Assembly: GCF_000143415.4 (NCBI RefSeq)
Contig: NW_003314755.1
Span: forward strand, 1-5,113
Direction of reading: 5' to 3'
From: Selaginella moellendorffii
Taxonomy: Eukaryota; Plantae; Lycopodiophyta
DNA: 5,113 nucleotides
Within the stretch, counting starts at the first letter, position 1; the number at the start of each line of letters is the position of its first letter. The notes under the pieces are model-generated. The model did not search any database and was not told the origin of the DNA. It saw only the letters and a list, made by a program, of their open reading frames with translations. Below, piece by piece: positions 1 to 5,113 of the stretch. A program made the position numbers and the translations under genes.

Positions 1-1
1 A

Positions 2-458
2 GTGGCCGCCGTTGGAATGATTTGAATAAGGCAGATGGAGATGCCTTGATGATGAAAGTGGCGGAGCAGCTCATTGAAGAATGCATGGCCGCACACCCTG
101 CACCGTTGCTGGTTGGACTTATGGTGGAAAGGATCGTAATCCACATCGCGAAACAGTGGGGCATGGGGCCGATGAAGGGGAAGAAGATTGAAGCTTTTCA
201 TTATTTCGGCTTGGATTTGGGACCAGTCCTAACGTACTCGCCAACAACTTATATCCCCAGCAGCTGGCAACGCTGCTGTGTTGACTTTGTGACTCGAAGA
301 GTGGAAAGTGATCTGCTCTTCATTGACGTGTTTCGAGTTTCTGTTGGGTCACAAAAAGGGATCACAAAATGGCAGAGTGCGAGCAAGCTCTTCAAGCCTG
401 AGAACATGGGTCTTTATACAGCTGGTTATGATGTGGAAGATATCAGATGGGGTTTTCA
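2..458 (+). repeat. Direct repeat copy A (~457 bp), pairs with 4656-5113
   Basis: Manual alignment at offset 4654-4656 shows 11 substitutions and three 1-nt indels. Confidence 0.97.
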
Positions 459-621
459 CTGGATTGGTCCAGAGGGTGGTAAGCCAGACTGGTTTCCCTC
501 AAGGTGGTCGTCTGCTGGTAGTGTTAACTATAACGAAACATACACTGTGTTCTCTGCCGTGGCACATCCCCAAGAGGTTGATGGAGTTTTTATCAAAGCA
601 CTCGAAGCTGTTGTGATATGA
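2..621 (+). CDS. 3' part (5'-partial) of a Crinkler/RHS-like NTPase-nuclease gene, copy 1; putative divergent PD-(D/E)xK REase-fold C-terminal domain
   Basis: The frame is open from 22 to TGA at 619-621 and is near-identical to the 3' end of the 3921-5087 NTPase ORF. The segment YIPSSWQRCCVDFV...LFIDVFRVSV resembles the YxP...VD...hQh[TS] pattern of CR-type REase domains (by eye). The TTG at 22 is not a real start because it corresponds to an internal Leu in copy 2. Confidence 0.7.
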   Translation, partial: GRRWNDLNKADGDALMMKVAEQLIEECMAAHPAPLLVGLMVERIVIHIAKQWGMGPMKGKKIEAFHYFGLDLGPVLTYSPTTYIPSSWQRCCVDFVTRRVESDLLFIDVFRVSVGSQKGITKWQSASKLFKPENMGLYTAGYDVEDIRWGFHWIGPEGGKPDWFPSRWSSAGSVNYNETYTVFSAVAHPQEVDGVFIKALEAVVI

Positions 622-645
622 TCTTGAGCTGAGATTCAATTCAGA

Positions 646-651
646 AATAAA
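646..651 (+). promoter_or_regulatory. Possible polyadenylation signal AATAAA
   Basis: Canonical hexamer 25 nt after the stop at 621. Position is the only support. Confidence 0.3.
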
Positions 652-804
652 GATCTGTCCATCTCTATGTTGAAGTCATGGTTCGATACGCTTATTTGCT
701 GATTTTAGAATATTCTAATGTTTTTAATGCTTCTCCAGGCTTCTTGACAACCTGTCCATCTATCTTCAGCCCGGTTTCAAGCTTTTGTCACCGCCACGAA
801 AGCC

Positions 805-1053
805 TGTCCATTCGGAGAGCATCGCTGGAGTTGCATGCGTTTCTGGCTCGCAGTTCTAAGTTGTCCCATCCGGGCGCTGGATCCTCTCAAACGTCTTCGA
901 GGTTTCCACACTTCAGAAACATATCGAGCGCTGCGTTTGCCACGAATATATCTGTGTCGGAGGAACAGCTTTTTCCAGAGCCGCCGCCTTGACGAGTTTT
1001 CCTTGGCTCAGGAGCTTAAACGCTTCTTTCGCTGCCAGCACGCCCTGATAGAT
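805..1053 (-). pseudogene. Degenerate PLS-class pentatricopeptide repeat (PPR) gene fragment
   Basis: The minus strand reads IYQGVLAAKEAFKLLSQGKLVKAAALEK (L-motif-like), frameshift, DTDIFVANAALDMFLKCGNLED (958-893), frameshift/deletion, FERIQRPDGTT*N (891-853, TAG at 858-856 where the conserved Trp TGG is expected), then ARNACNSSDALRM. This matches the plant PLS consensus DxxVxNALxDMYxKCGxLxDAxxxFxxxxxxDxxSWN. Confidence 0.85.
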
Positions 1054-1477
1054 TCTCCTCATAACCAAGTACCAAAACCGTCCAGGAGACCAAACTGTAA
1101 AACCTGGAAGGCTTCAGCCAAGTTCCCACACTCCCACACTTGGCATATTGGCTTTATCAAGCGATGCAAACCTTACCAAAACCTTACAAGTTCCAATGCT
1201 CTTCATGTGGCGAAGATGATATTGCTGAACGATGAATTCTACCATGAGGAGAAAAGATTTTTACCTCACTTCTGGATCAGTGATGAGCTTTCTTGCGGAG
1301 AGATAAGCCGCCAATTCAACGGTGCCAATCACGAAAACTCCCAATGGATACACTTCCGGCTTGAGCCAGCGTTTCCTGAACGTAGCGGCTGCAATTCAAG
1401 TGATCCCAGGAACCTCCTTCTCCAATGCCATTGGGATGGTTTCAACATTTCAAAGACAAACAACTCTCTAAAATCAA

Positions 1478-1535
1478 GTAAAGTTGAAGTTTGGTTTGTA
1501 TGCTTTATGATCTAATTTGAATCTACTTTCTCCAG
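1478..1535 (+). other. Spliceosomal intron (58 nt) in the transposase fragment
   Basis: GTAAAG donor, CTAAT branch-like motif (1512-1516) and TTTCTCCAG acceptor. Removal fuses ORFs 835-1515 and 1517-1969 in frame (K-S-T-A-I-E). Confidence 0.85.
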
Positions 1536-1833
1536 CTGCTATAGAGTTTCGGATCCTCAATGCTGGAAAGTTTTCAAATCACAGGCCTTTTCCAATTGTT
1601 TTTGTGCCACTGAGGAAGTTCGATGGGAAGACAGCAAGTGAGGTTGTTCCAGCAGTAGTATCCACCATCGTGGATGAGCTTGAAGAGCTGTTCGAGCATG
1701 GAATTCAGGTGGTGGATGGCGAAGCTGGAAAAGCATTCACGCTGAGAACAATGCCCATGCAATGGGCTGGAGATTACAATGCACACTGTGAGGTTGGCAA
1801 ATTCGTGAACAAGGGAAGGAATGGATGTCGTAG

Positions 1834-1890
1834 GAATGTGTTTTCATTTCTCTTAGCAATTTTGTTTAAGTGTTTGTATCTTCTCTATAG
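1834..1890 (+). other. Intron relic (57 nt) with non-canonical or mutated donor (AG|GAATGT)
   Basis: T-rich tract ending TTCTCTATAG. Removal restores C-R-R-C (CxxC) in frame. Confidence 0.65.
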
Positions 1891-2115
1891 GTGTATGGTG
1901 GAAACTGGATCATTGATATATGCCTTCAACAAAGGTAGAAGAGAAGCTTGTTTTCCTGCTGCTTGCTAAAGTACAAGCTCATTCTTGAGTGCGTTCGACA
2001 ACCCTACAGATTTGGAGAGATGCTAGAGTTACAAGTAAATAAGTTGTGGGATTAGTATTTGACAAGCATTCTTCCATTTATTTGAGCAGAGTTTACTAAA
2101 CATTTAAGTTGTGTA

Positions 2116-2190
2116 CAAGTGGGACAATAATGGTATTATAACTCCCATTATCGTCCACTTGCAATGTACAAAGTGGATGACTTGCACTTT
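2116..2190. repeat. Nested imperfect inverted repeats
   Basis: CAAGTGGGACAATAATGG (2116-2133) pairs with CCATTATCGTCCACTTG (2145-2161). TCCACTT (2154-2160) pairs with AAGTGGA (2171-2177). AAAGTG (2170-2175) pairs with CACTTT (2185-2190). Confidence 0.7.
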
Positions 2191-2750
2191 CCCCATCTTA
2201 ATAATATATGGTTTATTTAAAGAACTCTTTACTCAATAAAAAAGGCCATATCAAGTGTTATATGGCAAGTTAAATTGCAAGTTTATAAAGTTTGGCATAA
2301 CATTTAACAATAAAAATTATACATGTATACAGTTAAAACACTTTATATAAAGGGATTAAAAATAATTGGCACCACCTATAAATCTATCAATGCCTTCTCT
2401 TAATATTCCTCTAAATCCTAGCCTATCCACAAGAAAACCTTGATAATTTTCCATCAAAAGGATGATGTGAGGTCCAAATGTACAGTTATAATGCCATGTA
2501 TTAATATTAGCGTAGTGGGATTTTAATATCCATTGGATTAATTTTAATTTGGACCATATAAGCTAAAGTTTTTGGGCTAATTAATGCATTCACATCTTGA
2601 GGTTTACAAGAATTTCTAATTTTTAGGAATTTCCCAAAAAAAATTTCCAAGTTTTTCACACCCCAAAATTCCATCAGGAATTACAGGTTTAATTTCTTGT
2701 GTTTGAGTAATGTGGTGGTGGGATCAATTCAATCGATTCTTGTGAAGCAA

Positions 2751-2981
2751 TCAATCCCACAGCACCCAGTCAATATTGTTGTTGAGCTCCTGCTTTGGGA
2801 GCTCGACTGTCTGTAAGCATCCAAAACAAATGAATCTCACGCAATCAAGACTGATTTGATTCGAATGTGTCATCAATCAAAACCTCAGCACCGGTTTGCA
2901 TCACATCGGGACAGCCAAGAACCCTAGCCAAGCTTATTTCGTACAGCTCTTGTGATCCATTCCACTGTGCTGTTCCCACAC
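2751..2981 (-). pseudogene. Putative two-exon 3' gene fragment of uncertain identity
   Basis: CAG acceptor at 2984-2982, exon 2981-2884 (VGTAQWNGSQELYEISLARVLGCPDVMQTGAE), GT..CAG intron 2883-2811 (73 nt), exon 2810-2751 (TVELPKQELNNNIDWVLWD*). The exons join in frame. Confidence 0.4.
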
Positions 2982-3049
2982 CTGTGGAGCTCAAACAAGG
3001 TTCAGAGGCTTTCCAAATTCCAAGTGCGATACCTTGGGAAAATAAGAAA

Positions 3050-3166
3050 TCACGAAGGGTTCTTTTTTCTAAAGATGTTTGACATGATCTCATACATCGC
3101 GGCATTGTCCCTGTCAAGTTCCACATACGCAACTCTCCTGATCCCTACGTTCTTCCCCAACAATAA
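3050..3166 (-). pseudogene. PPR E-domain C-terminal relic
   Basis: LLLGKNVGIRRVAYVELDRDNAAMYEIMSNIFRKKNPS*. The stretch ELDRDNAAMYEIMSNIF (3121-3071) matches the E-domain consensus ELDPxNAAxYVLLSNIY. It is too short to appear in the ORF track. Confidence 0.7.
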
Positions 3167-3261
3167 ATTCATTTACGGGGCCAATGACTGAAGAAAATAT
3201 GTTAAGTCCCAAAATCGCCCTAAATAAGGTACACTTCACCTTTACATTTCCTGGGCTTTCG

Positions 3262-5113
3262 ATGGCGGGCGACGAGTCCCTGCTGCGCGATTGGATCGAT
3301 TGGCTTCCAGACTACTCCACTCCTGCGAAGCGCAAGCTGGTGGAGGCAGTGGAGTCGCAGCTCTTGTTCTCTGTCAAGGATTTGAAGCAACCTCATGCCA
3401 GGGCTCGATTACCGCCAGGCCGCCTTCGCAACGAGATGACAGCGGCGGGCATGTTCGGCAACAGTCGTTCCGATGCAGTGCTGCGGCGCGTGCGGAGCAT
3501 CGCGGATTCCATCGCAGCGCTTCCAAGCGTGGACTTTGCGGAGGTGAAAGTGTTTGACAAGCTGCCATGGCCGAGCTTGCAGCCCAGGGTGCCGCGCGTT
3601 CCGTCAGAGGCTGATGGCATCTGGCTTGTGGGGCGCCCAGTCTTCAAAGAGATCCTGGACAGATTCGCGGCGAGCAAGAACGACGTGATAGACTTGGACG
3701 GGAATGTCGGCTCGGGGAAAACTTACCTCTTGCTCATGCTGTCTCTTCACTGTCTCCACGAGTTCTCCAAGGGGAACCAAGGCGCAGCAAGGAAATCGCG
3801 GCTGGTTTGCATCTTCAGGANNNNNNNNNNNNNNNNNNNNNNNNNNNNNNNNNNNNNNNNNNNNNNNNNNNNNNNNNNNNNNNNNNNNNNNNNNNNNNNN
3901 NNNNNNNNNNNNNNNNNNNNGAGGAGCGCTCCGGCTTGCTGACGGCGATCAGGGAGGCTCTCTTGGTGGCCTTTGCGGATGATGTTCCGACGTGCAACTG
4001 GCTGTGCTGCATTGAGGACTGGAAGGAGATGATGGAGATGGTGTCATGGTTGAAACGCACCAACGATCTGTTCTTCGTTGTCGACGAGTACGATGTTTTG
4101 GACAGCAGGGCCTCGAACAGCTCCCTTATGGACGTGTGGCTTGCATTGGAAGCACTCGAGGAAAGCTCAACCTGCTTGCATGGTGGCTCGGCAAGGCGGA
4201 ACGAGGCTTATGCCAGGGTTTTCAAGACCACTCACAACAGAAACTACCACTGCAAGTACACAGCCTTCACGCCCGAGGAGACGAAGCAGTACATCACCTG
4301 GAAGGGCTTGCTGTCCGAGCCTGGTGAAATGCAGGCATTGACGGGAGGTTTGCCACTCATGGTGCGTGTTTTCGTGGATTGCTATGTCGAAGCGGCGGCT
4401 TCTGCAGATCGTGAGCATGAGGCGAGGGAGAAGTTTCTGTCCACCGAGGAGGTTGAACAACAACGAAGGACTGTGGAACAGTGGGTGACGGAGATAGCGG
4501 CCTTGAAACGTGTCAGGAGGAGAAGAGCGGTGGCTGCGCTATCGGATCTGATAGCTGGCAGAGGTAGGATCGACTCTGATAGTTTCGATCCTCGGTGGAT
4601 CGTACAAAATGGAGACAAGTTTGCGCTGGTTTCTGATCTTGCCAAGGCAATGGTTGTGGCCGCCGTTGGAATGCATTTGAATAAGGCAGATGGAGATGCC
4701 TTGATGATGAAAGTGGCGGAGCAGCTCATTGAAGAATGCATGGCCGCACACCCTGCACCGTTGCTGGTTGGACTTATGGTGGAAAGGATCGTAATCCACA
4801 TCGCGAAACAGTGGGGCATGGGGCCATTGAAGGGAAAGAGGATTGAAGCTTTTCATTATTTCGGCTTGGATTTGGGACCAGTCCTAATGTACTCGCCAAC
4901 AACTTATATCCCCAGCAGCTGGCAACGCTGTTGTGTTGACTTTGTGACTCGAAGAGTGGAAAGTGATCTACTCTTCATTAACGTGTTTCGAGTTTCTGTT
5001 GAGTCACAAAAAGGGATCACAAAATGGCAGAGTGCGAGCAAGTTCTTCAAGCCTGAGAACATGGGTCTTTATACAGCGTGGTTATGATGTGGAAGATATC
5101 AAATGGGGTTTCA
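3262..5113 (+). CDS. Crinkler/RHS-like protein, copy 2: putative SAM-like N-terminus + STAND-like P-loop NTPase + REase-like tail; interrupted by an assembly gap, 3'-partial
   Basis: Motifs seen: LVGR upstream of Walker A; Walker A GNVGSGKT (3700-3723) after hydrophobic strand VIDLD; Walker B LFFVVDE (4068-4088); FTPEE; GxP motif TGGLPL (4341-4358). ATG 3262 is preferred over ATG 3184 because the GC-rich coding-like sequence starts there. The frame change across the gap follows from the arbitrary 100 Ns. A +1 G at 5078 gives the early stop at 5087 and may be a contig-end error. Confidence 0.75.
3821..3920. other. Assembly gap (100 N placeholder)
   Basis: Exactly 100 Ns, the usual convention for a gap of unknown length. 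Confidence 0.98.
4656..5113 (+). repeat. Direct repeat copy B (~458 bp), pairs with 2-458
   Basis: Same alignment. Both copies run to the window edges, so the repeat is probably longer. Confidence 0.97.

Larger units (their letters stand above)
1070..1969 (+). mobile_element. Truncated CACTA/En-Spm-type (Tnp2 / Transposase_21-like) transposase fragment with two introns
   Basis: The spliced reading is LLLQCHWDGFNISKTNNSLKS|TAIEFRILNAG...PIVFVP...TIVDELEELFEHGIQV...FTLRTMPMQWAGDYNAHCEVGKFVNKGRNGCRR|C. It follows the DGF...ILN...VxELxxL...G...GD..A...G...CxxC order of En/Spm TnpD-like cores. It stops at 1967-1969, well before a full catalytic domain would end. The 5' boundary is approximate. 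Confidence 0.75.

Noticed and set aside
655-811. CTGTCCAT occurring three times (655, 752, 804)
   Set aside because: Short and irregularly spaced; not a CRISPR or tandem array.
678-992. 104-aa + strand ORF
   Set aside because: Ser-rich antisense shadow of the minus-strand PPR relic.
2000-2430. Helitron 3' end (hairpin + CTRR)
   Set aside because: CTAG sites near 2023 and 2418 lack a convincing GC-rich hairpin just upstream.
2510-2517. GCGTAGTG as a CACTA right terminus (reverse complement CACTACGC)
   Set aside because: No matching left TIR or TSD was found in the window, and a 5-mer is expected by chance.
2606-2700. Repeated GAATTT/AAATTCC words and a ~10-bp imperfect inverted repeat
   Set aside because: Low-complexity AT-rich sequence with no defined period.
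2845-3191. Short ORFs 2845-3132 (-), 2867-3082 (+), 2952-3191 (+) as genes
   Set aside because: Better explained by the spliced fragment and the PPR E relic; no independent motifs.
3291-4856. Overlapping alternative-frame and antisense ORFs within the NTPase gene
   Set aside because: Shadows of a GC-rich coding region with no recognisable motifs.
5076-5113. Frameshifts (+G at 5078, -T near 5111; also -C near 19-20) as proof of pseudogenisation
   Set aside because: All three indels lie within 40 nt of the sequence ends, where read quality is typically low. They cannot be distinguished from errors.
3262-5113. Classical NLR (NB-ARC-LRR) or a prokaryotic Avs-type defence operon
   Set aside because: The GLPL-like motif is shared across STANDs, but no TIR/CC, MHD or repeat sensor is visible. 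The context (introns, PPR relics, CACTA) is eukaryotic.

Overview
Eukaryotic, most likely land-plant DNA. The PLS-class PPR relics and ~51-73 nt spliceosomal introns suggest a compact genome such as a lycophyte, but the taxon is inference. The main gene is an apparently intronless ORF of about 640 aa on the + strand. It has a putative SAM-like header, a STAND-like P-loop NTPase (Walker A, Walker B, GxP) and a divergent restriction-endonuclease-fold tail, which is the architecture of Crinkler/RHS (CR)-type proteins. The 3' part of the gene appears twice (2-458 and 4656-5113, ~97% identical), so the window is one unit of a ~4.6 kb direct repeat or an assembly artefact around a 100-N gap. The spacer between the copies is a mosaic of decayed fragments: a PPR relic (-), an intron-containing CACTA/En-Spm Tnp2-like transposase fragment (+), an AT-rich stretch with nested inverted repeats, a small spliced fragment (-) and a PPR E-domain relic (-). 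All family assignments come from reading motifs by eye; no searches were run.
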